64,000 bases of DNA from Abditibacteriaceae bacterium (GTDB taxonomy: Bacteria > Armatimonadota > Abditibacteriia > Abditibacteriales > Abditibacteriaceae): assembly GCA_965277285.1 (NCBI GenBank), contig OZ255721.1, forward strand, positions 1,184,001 to 1,248,000, written 5' to 3'. The translations under genes were made by a program, and so were the position numbers. How positions within the stretch are numbered: position 1 is the first letter of the stretch; every line of letters starts with the position of its first letter. The notes below the pieces were generated by a model. That model had not been told where the DNA came from. It worked only from the letters and a program-made list of their open reading frames with translations, and searched no databases. Positions 1-10,133 of this stretch are shown here, piece by piece.

Positions 1-14
1 ATCGAGTACTCGAA

Positions 15-404
15 CTAAACTTCCACTTTGTAACCTAAAGCGATTTCGTCGCCGGTTTGACCACGAAAACCCCAGTTCGCTTTGGGCGTTTCGGTAATCG
101 TAATTTCCAAATCGCTGGGCGACAAACCCAATTCGCTTTGCGCACGCTCGAACAAAAGATGAATCAAGCGCTTTTTCGTTTCCGTCGTGCGACCTTCCAT
201 CATGCTGATTTCGATGATTGTGTAACGCGAAGTCTTATCAGACGGAAAAACGAAATCGGCTTCGTCCAGCGCCAGAAAACGATGAAAACGTTTATCCGGC
301 GGAAACGACAAAGCCTCGACAACGCACGAATGAATCACATCCGAAAGTTGCGCTTTCATCGCATCAAGCGACTCGCGCCCGCCGTAAATCTTGATTTGTG
401 CCAT
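15..404 (-). CDS. Tautomerase-family protein (4-OT/MSAD-like, YrdN-like)
   Basis: MAQIKIYG...SDVIHSCVVEAL.FPPDKRFHRF...IIEISMMEGRT.ETKKRLI...ITITETPKANWGFRG; start taken at internal ATG 404. Confidence 0.75.
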   Translation of the reverse strand: MAQIKIYGGRESLDAMKAQLSDVIHSCVVEALSFPPDKRFHRFLALDEADFVFPSDKTSRYTIIEISMMEGRTTETKKRLIHLLFERAQSELGLSPSDLEITITETPKANWGFRGQTGDEIALGYKVEV

Positions 405-473
405 TTCACATAAAAGAACCAACCGCGTTGTCAGACGCAGTTGGTTCCACTTTCGAGTACTCGATTCGCCGTT

Positions 474-881
474 TCAGCCGCGAATTTCAACAATCACGTC
501 ATCGCGCACGATAACTTCAAGCGCCGCCAACTTTTGCGCGAGGTTGTCGCCAACTCCGAGTTCGACTTGCGTTTCGATTTGTCCGCGCGCGACTGGCGTT
601 TCCAATGACAAAGCCTCGATTTGGGCGCGCCGTTCAACTAACTCGCGCTGCATTGCATCGTGCTTTTCTTTGGCTTCGTCCATTTCCTTGCGCGCTTCCA
701 CCAGGCGATGAACATTCGTGCGCTGCAATTCGGCGATAGTGCGGCGTTGTTGAAACTCCATTTGCTGACCTTGTAAATGCAATTCATCCAACGCCGCATC
801 CACTTCCGACAGCAACTGCGCTCGCAAATCTTCAGTCAAAAGCGCGACGACGTTCGCCAGGCGCTTGGCGACAATCGTCAA
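474..881 (-). CDS. ylqD: YlqD-family protein
   Basis: Coiled-coil ORF ending ...VELGVGDNL...EVIVRDDVIVEIR; lies after rpsP-KH as in the Bacillus-type ffh-rpsP-ylqC-ylqD order. Confidence 0.75.
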   Translation of the reverse strand: MTIVAKRLANVVALLTEDLRAQLLSEVDAALDELHLQGQQMEFQQRRTIAELQRTNVHRLVEARKEMDEAKEKHDAMQRELVERRAQIEALSLETPVARGQIETQVELGVGDNLAQKLAALEVIVRDDVIVEIRG

Positions 882-1327
882 CGCGCATCTCCACCCGATG
901 CGTCTTCGCTCACTTGAGTACTCGATCCGCCGTTCGCTTCATCGCTGTCAGCGACTTCGAGCGGTTCGTCATCGGTGATAATTTCAATCTGGACGCGCGC
1001 ACCGGTTTTGGTCGCTGCCGCTTTCACGACATGACGCAATGCGTTGGCAACGCGACCTTCGCGCCCGATCACGCGACCAACGTCGTCGGGATGAACGCGA
1101 ATTCCGTAGATCGAACCCTGATCGTCCAAAAACTCTTCGACTTCGACTTCTTCGGGATGCGACACGACGCCTTGCACCAGAAAGCCGACGAGTTCGATCA
1201 GGCGCGCGTCGTCTTCACTGGGCGCCCCATATTCGTCCATGTCGCCCATCGCCTGCGCCATGAAATTGGGGTTTTCGCCCTCATCCGAGGACTGATCCGG
1301 CGAGCCGTTCAACGATTCGGCGCTCAT
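878..1327 (-). CDS. khpA: KH-domain RNA-binding protein (KhpA/YlqC)
   Basis: [23 protein letters not shown] motif; directly downstream of rpsP. Confidence 0.9.
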   Translation of the reverse strand: MSAESLNGSPDQSSDEGENPNFMAQAMGDMDEYGAPSEDDARLIELVGFLVQGVVSHPEEVEVEEFLDDQGSIYGIRVHPDDVGRVIGREGRVANALRHVVKAAATKTGARVQIEIITDDEPLEVADSDEANGGSSTQVSEDASGGDAR

Positions 1328-1566
1328 GCCTTGATACCTTTTTTCTTCAACAAGCTGGCGACGGTTTCGCTGGGCTGCGCGCCTTTGCTCAACCAGTGAC
1401 GCGCTTTTTCTTCGTCGATTTCAACCACGGCGGGCTGACGCGTCGGCAAATAATGGCCGATGGTGTCGATAAAAGCGCCATCGCGCGGGCTGTTTTGATC
1501 GGCGACGACAACGCGATACGCCGGATTGTTCTTGGCGCCAGTGCGGCGCAAACGAATGCGAACCAT
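1324..1566 (-). CDS. rpsP: 30S ribosomal protein S16
   Basis: [31 protein letters not shown]...GAQPSETV. Confidence 0.98.
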   Translation of the reverse strand: MVRIRLRRTGAKNNPAYRVVVADQNSPRDGAFIDTIGHYLPTRQPAVVEIDEEKARHWLSKGAQPSETVASLLKKKGIKA

Positions 1567-1668
1567 AAATCTCCTACGACAATGTTTCTTGTTCGTGATT
1601 CATAACTCAAATCGAGTACTCGAATCACCATAAACTACCTCAAAAGTGGCAGTTTGTCACTCCAATTT

Positions 1669-3093
1669 CTACTTTCCAAAGCGGATACCGCGGCCAATTT
1701 TCGGATGCGGCGCGGGCATCTTTGGCATCGGGCCGCGCGGCAATTGTCCGCCCGGCGCTCCACCCATTTTACCCATTCCGCGAGGCATCGGCATTTTGCC
1801 GCTCGCCATCGCGCTCATCTGGCGCATCATCTTCTTCATGTCACGGAACTGGCTCAACAAACGATTGATTTCCGGCGTCGAGGTTCCGCTACCCGCCGCA
1901 ATGCGACGTTTCCGCGAACCGTTTATTATATCAGGATCGCGTCGCTCTTTGGAAGTCATCGACAAAATCATCGCTTCGACGCGCTTCATCTGCTTTTCAT
2001 CGACGCTCAAATTGGCATCTTTCAAAGCGCCCGCGCCCGGCAACATCGCCAGAATGCTTTCCAGGCTGCCCATCTTTTTGACCTGCTGCATTTGATCCAG
2101 AAAGTCTTCCAAATCGAAATTGCCTTCCGACAATTTGGCTTCCATCGCGGCGGCTTGCTTGGCATCAAACTGTTCTTCGGCTTTCTCGATCAGCGTCAAA
2201 ACATCGCCCATGCCCAAGATGCGTCCCGCCATGCGGTCGGGGTGAAATTCTTCCAGCGCGTCCAACTTTTCGCCCACGCCGACGAACTTGACAGGCACGC
2301 CAGTAATTGCGCGCACGCTCAAAATCGCGCCGCCGCGCGCATCGCCGTCCAACTTCGTCAAGACAACGCCCGTCAACTTGACGGTTTCGTTGAAGGCTTT
2401 GGCGGCGTTGACGGCGTCCTGTCCGGTCATCGCGTCCAGCGCCAGCAACGTTTCCTGCGGCTGCACAACTTCCTGAATTTGGCGCGCTTCTTCCATCATC
2501 TTTTCATCGACGTGAAGGCGACCCGCGGTATCAATGATGACGACATCGAAGCCGTTTTTCTTGGCGAACGCGACACCTTCGCGCGCAATCGTTGGCGGCG
2601 ATGTTTTGCCCATCTCGAAAACTTCGACGCCAACTTGCTTGCCGACAGTTTGCAATTGCGCAATCGCGCCAGGACGATAAATATCGGTGGCGACGAGCAG
2701 CGGTTTTTTGCCCTGACGCTTGAACCACGCGCCCAATTTGCCGCAAGTCGTGGTTTTGCCGGTTCCCTGCAAACCCGCCAGCATGATGACAGTTGGCGGC
2801 GCGCTCGAGTACTCGATGCGTCGCGTGGTGCGTCCCAGCAGTTCGCTCAGTTCGTCGCGCACAATGGCGATAACTTGCTGTTCGGGATGCAGGCTTTCCA
2901 GCACATCGACGCCGACGGCTTTTTCACGCACGCGAGCGACAAAGTCCTTGACGATCTTGAAGTTGACATCGGCTTCGAGCAAAGCCAGGCGCACTTCGCG
3001 CATCGCGGCATCAACATCGGCTTCTGAAACGCGCCCTTTGCCACGCAACTTGGCGAAGGTTTTCCCTAATTTATCCGAAAGATTTTGAAGCAT
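1669..3093 (-). CDS. ffh: Signal recognition particle protein Ffh
   Basis: GLQGTGKTTT, DTAGR, TKLDGDARGG, Met-rich M domain, SRKRRIAAGSG. Confidence 0.98.
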   Translation of the reverse strand: MLQNLSDKLGKTFAKLRGKGRVSEADVDAAMREVRLALLEADVNFKIVKDFVARVREKAVGVDVLESLHPEQQVIAIVRDELSELLGRTTRRIEYSSAPPTVIMLAGLQGTGKTTTCGKLGAWFKRQGKKPLLVATDIYRPGAIAQLQTVGKQVGVEVFEMGKTSPPTIAREGVAFAKKNGFDVVIIDTAGRLHVDEKMMEEARQIQEVVQPQETLLALDAMTGQDAVNAAKAFNETVKLTGVVLTKLDGDARGGAILSVRAITGVPVKFVGVGEKLDALEEFHPDRMAGRILGMGDVLTLIEKAEEQFDAKQAAAMEAKLSEGNFDLEDFLDQMQQVKKMGSLESILAMLPGAGALKDANLSVDEKQMKRVEAMILSMTSKERRDPDIINGSRKRRIAAGSGTSTPEINRLLSQFRDMKKMMRQMSAMASGKMPMPRGMGKMGGAPGGQLPRGPMPKMPAPHPKIGRGIRFGK

Positions 3094-3207
3094 AAGAATT
3101 GAGGACTAACTTGTAATGACGCCTTCATTTTACTCGTTTTGCATAGCTTTCAACAAAAGATTAATGATCGTCATGCCACCACGTTTTACCGCCAAATCCA
3201 TTGAAAT

Positions 3208-4062
3208 TTATGACGGCGCACCGACCTGAACTTTCGCGCCATTTTGCAAAAGGATTTCAACAATATCGGCGCGTTGTTTCCTGATAGCAGATGTCAACGG
3301 GAAATTGTTGTTCACGGCGGCGTTTACATCGGCGCCTTCGTCTATCAAACGCTTGACCAGTTCCAAATCGCCCAACATGACGGCTTCAATCACTCGCGGA
3401 CGCGCACCACATTCGATGAGATACCGCGCCGTTTCAGGATTATCAAAGGCGCACGCCCGATAAAGAGCGGTTTCTCCTTTTTCATTTCGAGCGTTTACAT
3501 CGGCGCCATAGTGAATAAGAATTTGTGCGACTTCCAAGGCGCCACATGTCGCAGATCTCATAAGTTCGGTGATGCCATTTTCATCTGCGTTATTGGGATT
3601 CATGCCCAATGCAATGAGACGGTGCAGCAAATCCGTCTTGTGATGACGGACAATAATGGCTAAAAATGACTCACAACCAGCGCCAGCTCTTAACAGCGTT
3701 TTGACAATTTCGTCGTGCCCGTTGAGCAAGGCCGCATAAAGAGCCGTTGAGCCATAACGTCGAATATCGACAATCGCGTCGCGTTCTATCAAAAGATTGA
3801 CGATTTTAAGATGCCCGTTCTTCGCGGCGCGGAACAAAGCCGTTTCGCCAGAAACGTTTTTCAGATTGATTTCGGCGCCGCTTTCAAGCAAGAGTTGCAC
3901 GATTTTAAGATGCCCGTTGCCTGCGGCGCGAATCAAACTTGTTGTTTTGGCACTACTTTTAATATCGACGCCAACGCCGTTTTGCAGCGACAGGCGAATC
4001 GTTTCCAAATCGCCGTCGCGCGCGGCATTAAGAAACGCTTTGGATTCTGGTGATTTGGCCAT
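3208..4062 (-). CDS. Ankyrin-repeat protein
   Basis: Repeated G.TAL..AA..GHL.IV.LL...GA.VN motifs. Confidence 0.93.
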   Translation of the reverse strand: MAKSPESKAFLNAARDGDLETIRLSLQNGVGVDIKSSAKTTSLIRAAGNGHLKIVQLLLESGAEINLKNVSGETALFRAAKNGHLKIVNLLIERDAIVDIRRYGSTALYAALLNGHDEIVKTLLRAGAGCESFLAIIVRHHKTDLLHRLIALGMNPNNADENGITELMRSATCGALEVAQILIHYGADVNARNEKGETALYRACAFDNPETARYLIECGARPRVIEAVMLGDLELVKRLIDEGADVNAAVNNNFPLTSAIRKQRADIVEILLQNGAKVQVGAPS

Positions 4063-4077
4063 TTCGAGTTCGAGTAC

Positions 4078-5253
4078 TCAACTCAACATGCGCGTGTAAA
4101 CATCTTCAATTTGACGGGCGGCGCGGTCGGCGGAGAACAATTGGCGAACACGAGCGTAACCTTTAGTTCCCATTTGTTGTGCGCGTTGCGGATCGTTCAG
4201 CAAGATTTCGATGTTCTGCGCCAGAGCGTCGACGTTACCCATTTCGCTCAGCAATCCGGTTTCGCCATCGACGATCATTTCCGGCACGCCGCCGCCGTTA
4301 CTGCCGATGACAGGTTTGCCCGCCGCCATGCCTTCCAGAACCACGTTCGGCAATGGATCAGCCGAGGTACTGGCGTGAACCACGATGTCCAGGCCTTTCA
4401 ACAATTCTGGAACATCACGGCGAAAACCCATCATTTCAACGTGCGCGCCAATTCCCAAGCGTTCGATTTGCGCGTGCAAATCGCGTTCGTAATCGTCTTC
4501 GCCAAAGAGCGGCGCACCGATGATAACGAATTCTGCGTCGTGTCCATTTCGCAGAACTTGGGCCGCCGCGTCCAAGAAAATATGCTGTCCTTTCCACGGC
4601 CCGATACGCCCGATTGCGCCAATGCGCGGCGGGTTATTTCGAGTACTCGATTCGCTTTCAGGAGACGCGAAAACCGCCATTTCTTCTTCGCCCAGGCCGT
4701 CGTATAAAACTTCGCCTTTGGCGGCGTCTTTCAAGTGCAATTGATCCAAGACGCTTTGCGAAACCGTCACGATATGCGACGGCATTTTGTCGGCCATCGC
4801 GCGCACGCCCTTGACCGCAGGCGAAGGAAGATACGATGTATCAATGAAATCGCGGACGTGCCACACGACAGGAATCTGCGCCATTTTCCCTGCCAGAGAA
4901 CCGTAAATATGAGCTTTCAGCGAATTGGTATGAATAATCTGGACGTTGTTGCGCCGCGCAAAACGCGCGATTTTCTGCGCATACGACACCATTCCCATCA
5001 ATTGCTTCGGGTTCGCCAGAGATTTGACGCCTAACGAATCTTTGCGCACTTCGCGTACATCATCCGACAGCGGCAAGACGCGCACCTGGACATTGGCGTC
5101 TTTCAATAAACCGACGAGCGGCCCATCTTCGGCCAATAGCGCCAGCGGCGTCACTTTCTGATGATCAATCGGTTTAAGAAGTCGCGCCAATGCGAACTCG
5201 GCGCCGCTGGGCTTGGCGGTGTGACCTAAATAAAGAACGCGAATAGGTTGCAT
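4078..5253 (-). CDS. Glycosyltransferase, family 4 (GT-B)
   Basis: SGAE, GRIGPWKGQ, DPLPNVVLEGMAAGKPVI...GGVPEMIVDGETG. Confidence 0.93.
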   Translation of the reverse strand: MQPIRVLYLGHTAKPSGAEFALARLLKPIDHQKVTPLALLAEDGPLVGLLKDANVQVRVLPLSDDVREVRKDSLGVKSLANPKQLMGMVSYAQKIARFARRNNVQIIHTNSLKAHIYGSLAGKMAQIPVVWHVRDFIDTSYLPSPAVKGVRAMADKMPSHIVTVSQSVLDQLHLKDAAKGEVLYDGLGEEEMAVFASPESESSTRNNPPRIGAIGRIGPWKGQHIFLDAAAQVLRNGHDAEFVIIGAPLFGEDDYERDLHAQIERLGIGAHVEMMGFRRDVPELLKGLDIVVHASTSADPLPNVVLEGMAAGKPVIGSNGGGVPEMIVDGETGLLSEMGNVDALAQNIEILLNDPQRAQQMGTKGYARVRQLFSADRAARQIEDVYTRMLS

Positions 5254-5310
5254 AGTTTTCGGTTGGGAATCGAGTACTCGATAAATAGTTGGATGGTGAA
5301 TCAGGGCAAA

Positions 5311-6591
5311 TCAAGAACTTAGTTCTTTCAAACGTTGTTGCGAACGTGCCAGCGCATAAGTCTCGAAGCCATAAGCCACAACTTTTTCGTAAAAATGCTT
5401 CGCCTCAGCCAGCTTGCCTTCACCACGAGCGCAGTCGCCGAGCCGATAAAATGCGAAAGCAAGGGCCATCGGAAGCGGTTCCAGTTGAAAATAGCGCTCG
5501 TAAAAGCGGCGACATTCGTCCCATTCGCCACGCACCAGAGCCGCTCGCGCGAGATTCGTCAGGATGACTCTTTGTGTTTGCGGGTCGCCTTCAAACTCGG
5601 TGAGTGTCAATTCATTGCTGCACGCCAGGCGCCGTGATGGTTCGATTAAACCTTGTTGCGCCAGAAAAATCGATTCCAAGCCGTCTATCCAACTTTGCAT
5701 TTTGTCGTCCACGAGCGTTGTACGCGCTGTTTGCAAAGCGCTCATCCCTGCGTCCGCCTGCTCCGCCGCCAATTCGATAAAGGCCAAAGCGAGATAGCTG
5801 AGCGCATGCTGATAATTTTCGTACTCGGCGATGCCGTTTTTGCGAATTTGAAGTGAGCGCGCAACGGCCTGGCGCGCCTCGTCGAAACGCCCCATATCGC
5901 GCAACGTTTCCATCAGGGCAACCGAAGCATTCCGACTGTTCTTGTTTAATGTCAGCGCGCGTTCAGCCGCCGCAACCGCTTCGCGCAATCGCCCTTGTTT
6001 GTGGAGAATGTCGGCCAGAACGCCCAGACAATCGGCCTCCTGCGCCACGTCTTTCTGTGAACGCGCGATTTCTAAGGCCTGCCGATGACACTTTTCAGCG
6101 GGTTGCAACTGATTCATGCTGCTGTAGCCAACGCCCGCCATGCTGTGCGCTACGCGAACCAAAACCGTCCTTGTTGCAAACGCCTTTGGCGGCGCTGATG
6201 TTGGCCGTGCAGGCGTGGAAAGCCGTTTCGAGTACTCGATGGCGCGTTCGGCCCAGCGAACCGTGTCTTGCAGTTGGCCCGCCTTGAATGCCGAAGTCGC
6301 CAGTCCAACCATTGTTCTCAATCTTTCATCCTGACGCCACGGAGGAAGCATTTTCAATGTGAGATGAAAGGCAGCATACGCTTCGCGTGTTTTGTGTTCG
6401 CGGCTGAGGCGCCATGCGCGCTGTACCAGGAACTGAACCCACACCGTCTCGACAAGCAACGCAACACCGATACCAACCAGAATTGAGCGGAGTGGCTGGT
6501 CGAAACGGAACGCAATAAAAATGCAAACGAGCGCAGTCCAAACTTCGACCGGTTCCGACTGCGATTTCCTTCCAGTACTCGAAAGGCTCAT
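5311..6591 (-). CDS. Membrane-anchored tetratricopeptide-repeat protein
   Basis: Two N-terminal hydrophobic segments followed by TPR-like helices. Confidence 0.75.
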   Translation of the reverse strand: MSLSSTGRKSQSEPVEVWTALVCIFIAFRFDQPLRSILVGIGVALLVETVWVQFLVQRAWRLSREHKTREAYAAFHLTLKMLPPWRQDERLRTMVGLATSAFKAGQLQDTVRWAERAIEYSKRLSTPARPTSAPPKAFATRTVLVRVAHSMAGVGYSSMNQLQPAEKCHRQALEIARSQKDVAQEADCLGVLADILHKQGRLREAVAAAERALTLNKNSRNASVALMETLRDMGRFDEARQAVARSLQIRKNGIAEYENYQHALSYLALAFIELAAEQADAGMSALQTARTTLVDDKMQSWIDGLESIFLAQQGLIEPSRRLACSNELTLTEFEGDPQTQRVILTNLARAALVRGEWDECRRFYERYFQLEPLPMALAFAFYRLGDCARGEGKLAEAKHFYEKVVAYGFETYALARSQQRLKELSS

Positions 6592-7460
6592 TGAAACATT
6601 TCCTGTGCGAATTGTTGAGGATTAAAAGCAATCAAGTCTTCGGCTTTTTCGCCGATGCCGATCAGTTTGACCGGAACGCCGGTTTCACGCGCCACGCTGA
6701 GAATGATGCCACCTTTGGCGGTGCCGTCCCATTTGGTCAAAATCAAACCGGTCAGAGGCGCGGTTTCGGCGAAGGCTTGCGCTTGCGTCAAACCGTTTTG
6801 GCCGGTCGAAGCATCGAGAACTAAAAGCGTTTCTTCGGGCGGCTTGCCCAGTTCGCGTTCGGTCACGCGCGCGATTTTGCTCAATTCGTTCATCAAGTTG
6901 TTTTTGTTGTGAAGCCGTCCCGCTGTATCAATCAGAACGATGTCGCGGTTGCGGCTTTTGGCGGCGTTGATCGCATCGAAAGCGACCGCAGCGGGATCGG
7001 CGCCCTGCCCGCCCGCGATAACCGGACAATCGGTGCGGCGTCCCCAGATTTGCAGTTGCTCCACCGCAGCGGCGCGAAACGTATCGCAGGCAGCTAATAA
7101 CGGATCGTGGCCTTCGCCGATCAACATATTGGCGATTTTTCCGACGCTCGTCGTTTTGCCGACGCCATTGACGCCGACAAAAAGCCAGACTGTCAAGCCT
7201 TCGGGCGCCAATTTCAGTTGACGCTCGCCGCTGCCCAACACGCGCGCCACCAAATCCTGCAAGGCTTCTTGCGCTTCCTCGCTGTCGCGCACTTCGCCGC
7301 GTTGTGCGGCGCGCCGCAAGCCATCGATGAGAAACGTCGCGGTCGCCACCGAAACATCGCTCATCACCAATTGTTCTTCGAGTTCGTCCAAAACCTCGTC
7401 ATCGAGCTTGCGACCCGAAGCGAAAACCTGCCCGACACGACCAAAAAGACCTTTGAGCAT
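6588..7460 (-). CDS. ftsY: SRP receptor FtsY
   Basis: GVNGVGKTT, DTFRAAA.EQL, DTAGRLH, TKWDGTAKGG, GIGEK..DL. Confidence 0.97.
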   Translation of the reverse strand: MLKGLFGRVGQVFASGRKLDDEVLDELEEQLVMSDVSVATATFLIDGLRRAAQRGEVRDSEEAQEALQDLVARVLGSGERQLKLAPEGLTVWLFVGVNGVGKTTSVGKIANMLIGEGHDPLLAACDTFRAAAVEQLQIWGRRTDCPVIAGGQGADPAAVAFDAINAAKSRNRDIVLIDTAGRLHNKNNLMNELSKIARVTERELGKPPEETLLVLDASTGQNGLTQAQAFAETAPLTGLILTKWDGTAKGGIILSVARETGVPVKLIGIGEKAEDLIAFNPQQFAQEMFQ

Positions 7461-7480
7461 AAAATTATCTTACAATGGTG

Positions 7481-7575
7481 ACGCTAACTTCGTCCGCCAA
7501 AACAACGCGAATGAACGCGACTTTTCAAAAAGAAATAGCGAAAATTTGCGCCGTTTTTGTGAACGAAGTTAGCGT
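7481..7575. repeat. Imperfect intergenic inverted repeat (ACGCTAACTTCGT...ACGAAGTTAGCGT)
   Basis: 13-bp perfect outer arms with imperfect inner pairing, between ribH and ftsY. Confidence 0.6.
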
Positions 7576-7613
7576 AACTTTCATACATTCGAGTACTCGA
7601 ATTAGCTTTCGCT

Positions 7614-8081
7614 TCAGCTTTGCATCGCCTTGAGCAGGTTTGCCATTTCGATTGCGGCCAGCATCGCATCGGCGCCTTTGTTGCCCGCTTTGCTGCCGGC
7701 GCGTTCCAAGGCTTGTTCCAGATTATCGGTTGTCAAAACGCCCATCGTGACCGGAATGCCGCTGTTCAAACCCGCGTTCATAATGCCGCTGGACGTTTGG
7801 CCGCACACGTAATCGTAATGATCGGTCGCGCCTTGAATGACGCAGCCCAGACAAACAATGGCATCGAAGCGCTCGCTTTTCGCCAGCGTTTGCGCGACCA
7901 GAGGAATTTCCCACGCGCCAGGAACGTGCGCGATTTCAACCACGCGCTCATCGCCACCGTGACGCCGAAACGAATCCAGCGCGCCACTTAACAAACGCTC
8001 GGTAATCAAATCGTTGAAGCGCGCTACAACGATGCCGATGCGCAACCCTTCCGCCGTCATTTGCCCTTCGTGAATAGTCAT
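7614..8081 (-). CDS. ribH: 6,7-dimethyl-8-ribityllumazine synthase
   Basis: IVVARFN.LIT.RLL.GA, VPGAWEIP, LGCVIQGATDH, GNKG. Confidence 0.97.
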   Translation of the reverse strand: MTIHEGQMTAEGLRIGIVVARFNDLITERLLSGALDSFRRHGGDERVVEIAHVPGAWEIPLVAQTLAKSERFDAIVCLGCVIQGATDHYDYVCGQTSSGIMNAGLNSGIPVTMGVLTTDNLEQALERAGSKAGNKGADAMLAAIEMANLLKAMQS

Positions 8082-8120
8082 GGAATGAATAAACCACAAA
8101 GGACACTAAGAAAACAGAAG

Positions 8121-8188
8121 TTTGTCATTCTGAGCGCAGCGAAGAATCTAACTGTGATGAGATTCTTCGCTGCGCTCAGAATGACAAA
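8121..8188. repeat. REP-like hairpin family A (TTTGTCATTCTGAGCGCAGCGAAGAATCT-loop-reverse complement), copy 1
   Basis: 29-bp perfect arms; same element at 21158, 33236, 42349, 46225. Confidence 0.9.
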
Positions 8189-8250
8189 GTGTTACGGCGA
8201 TTCATTTCTCAAGAATCTCTGTGTTCTTTGTGTCTTGGTGGTTCAAAAAC

Positions 8251-8793
8251 TTAAATCGAGTACTCGTTGCGGATATGTTCCAGCAAAGCTTTGCAGCCTT
8301 CGTTAACCAGATAATAAACGACATCAAAGCCGCCGATGAAATATGGATCGGGCACTTCGCGCACGCCGATGTTGGGCGTAAATTCGAGAAGTGGAACGAC
8401 TTGCGCGCGAGTTTTTCCGCTATGACCTTTGCCCAAACGCAGCACGCTCGATAAGTTTTCATCGTCCATCGTGATGACGAAATCGAAGCGTTCCAGGTCG
8501 TCGCGCGTGATTTGGCGCCCCACGCCGTCGTATTCGATGCCGTTTTCCTGCAAAATCGCCAGCGTCCCAGGATGCGCATACGAATCGATGTGCCAGTCGC
8601 CAGTGCCCGCCGAATCGACTTCGATTCTATTGCTCAAACCGGCTTCACGTACTAAATGCGCAAACACCGCTTCGGCCATCGGGCTGCGGCAAATGTTGCC
8701 GGTACACACAAATAAAACGCGAACTTTACGCGTCATTTTGCTCGTTTGATGGCGTTCTATGGTTTGTGTTTGAATTTCTGCTGCGTTATTCAA
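8251..8793 (-). CDS. Low-molecular-weight protein-tyrosine phosphatase
   Basis: VLFVCTGNICRSPMAE P-loop, DSAGT, VPDPY; start uncertain. Confidence 0.95.
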   Translation of the reverse strand: MNNAAEIQTQTIERHQTSKMTRKVRVLFVCTGNICRSPMAEAVFAHLVREAGLSNRIEVDSAGTGDWHIDSYAHPGTLAILQENGIEYDGVGRQITRDDLERFDFVITMDDENLSSVLRLGKGHSGKTRAQVVPLLEFTPNIGVREVPDPYFIGGFDVVYYLVNEGCKALLEHIRNEYSI

Positions 8794-10100
8794 AGTGCTC
8801 CACTCCGTTCGTCAAATTGTTCGTTCAACTGCTCATCGGGCACGCCATTTCGAGTACTCGATGCGTTCAATTGTTCGTTCAACGTTTCGCTTAAACCGTC
8901 CAGCAAATGTCCCATTTTGCTTTGCTTGGTGCGCAAATAAGCACGGTTATCGTCGTGAACTGTCGGCTGCAACGGCACGCGCTCGACGATTTGCAAACCG
9001 TAACCTTCCAGCCCGACGCGCTTGGCCGGATTGTTGGTCAAAAGCCGCATTTGTCGCACGCCTAAATCGGTCAAAACCTGCGCGCCGGTTCCATATTCGC
9101 GTAAATCCGACGCGAAACCCAGCGCGTGATTCGCTTGTTCGGTATCGGCGCCTTTGTCTTGCAAGGCATACGCGCGAATCTTGTTGATGATGCCGATGCC
9201 GCGCCCTTCGTGATGATCGATATACAGCAAAACGCCGCTGCCTTCTTCGTTGATGCGGTTCATCGCCGCGTGCAACTGCTCGCCGCAATCGCAGCGCAAA
9301 GACAACAGCGCATCGCCCGTCAAACAACCGGAATGCACGCGCACCAAAGTCGGGACATCGGCTTTAATTTCGCCTTTGACCAAAGCGACATACGGCGTTC
9401 CGTCCAAGACGCTTTGATACGCAACAGCACGAAACTCGCCAAACGCCGTAGGAAGGCGCGCTTCAGCGACGAAGTTCACCAATTTTTCGTGCTGCCGACG
9501 ATAGCGAATCAGCGCTTCAATGGTGATAATTTTGATGTCGTGTTCGCGCGATATTTCTGTCAGTTCGGGCAAGTTCGCCGATTCGCCGTCTTCGTTGAGG
9601 ATTTCGCAGATAACGGCGGCGGGATAAAGTTCGCTCAGGTGACACAAATCAATGGCGGCTTCGGTATGTCCGGCGCGCACCAGAACGCCGCCTTCGCGCG
9701 CGCGCAAGGGAAAGGTATGGCCAGGACGCGTCAAATCGGCGGGACGCGCGTTGGTGTCAATTAAGACTTGCACGGCGCGCGCGCGATCACTGGCTGAAAT
9801 GCCGGTTGTAACACCTTCGCGCGCATCGACGCTCATCACGAACGCGGTGCTGTGACGGTCGGTGTTGTGCGGCGTCATCGGCCCGAGTTGCAGTTCTTCC
9901 AAACGTCGGCCTTCCATCGGCACGCAAATCAGGCCGCGCGCATTTTTCGCCATAAAATTGATGGCGCGCGCATCGGCAAACTGCGCCGCGATAATCAAAT
10001 CGCCTTCGTTTTCGCGCGCTTCATCGTCCGTCACAAGAACAAACTTGCCGTTCTTGAAATCTTCCAGCGCGTCTTCAACCGTAGAAAAAGGTGTCGTCAT
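8790..10100 (-). CDS. ribBA: Bifunctional DHBP synthase / GTP cyclohydrolase II
   Basis: RENEGDL, GHTEAA.DL, RVHSGCLTGD, RCDCG.QL, EGRGIG, LLTNNP. Confidence 0.97.
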   Translation of the reverse strand: MTTPFSTVEDALEDFKNGKFVLVTDDEARENEGDLIIAAQFADARAINFMAKNARGLICVPMEGRRLEELQLGPMTPHNTDRHSTAFVMSVDAREGVTTGISASDRARAVQVLIDTNARPADLTRPGHTFPLRAREGGVLVRAGHTEAAIDLCHLSELYPAAVICEILNEDGESANLPELTEISREHDIKIITIEALIRYRRQHEKLVNFVAEARLPTAFGEFRAVAYQSVLDGTPYVALVKGEIKADVPTLVRVHSGCLTGDALLSLRCDCGEQLHAAMNRINEEGSGVLLYIDHHEGRGIGIINKIRAYALQDKGADTEQANHALGFASDLREYGTGAQVLTDLGVRQMRLLTNNPAKRVGLEGYGLQIVERVPLQPTVHDDNRAYLRTKQSKMGHLLDGLSETLNEQLNASSTRNGVPDEQLNEQFDERSGAL

Positions 10101-10133
10101 AAAATCGAGTACTCGATTGGCTTTCGAGTCATC

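Noticed and set aside
1..14. Window begins exactly on a palindrome copy (possible contig break at the motif)
   Set aside because: Cannot tell whether position 1 is a contig end or an arbitrary or selected window boundary.
1654..3027. 457-aa plus-strand ORF (likewise 24300-25886, 39370-40710, 43501-44739, 34640-35620)
   Set aside because: Antisense shadows of well-supported genes (ffh, ilvD, secreted protein, GH31, alaS).
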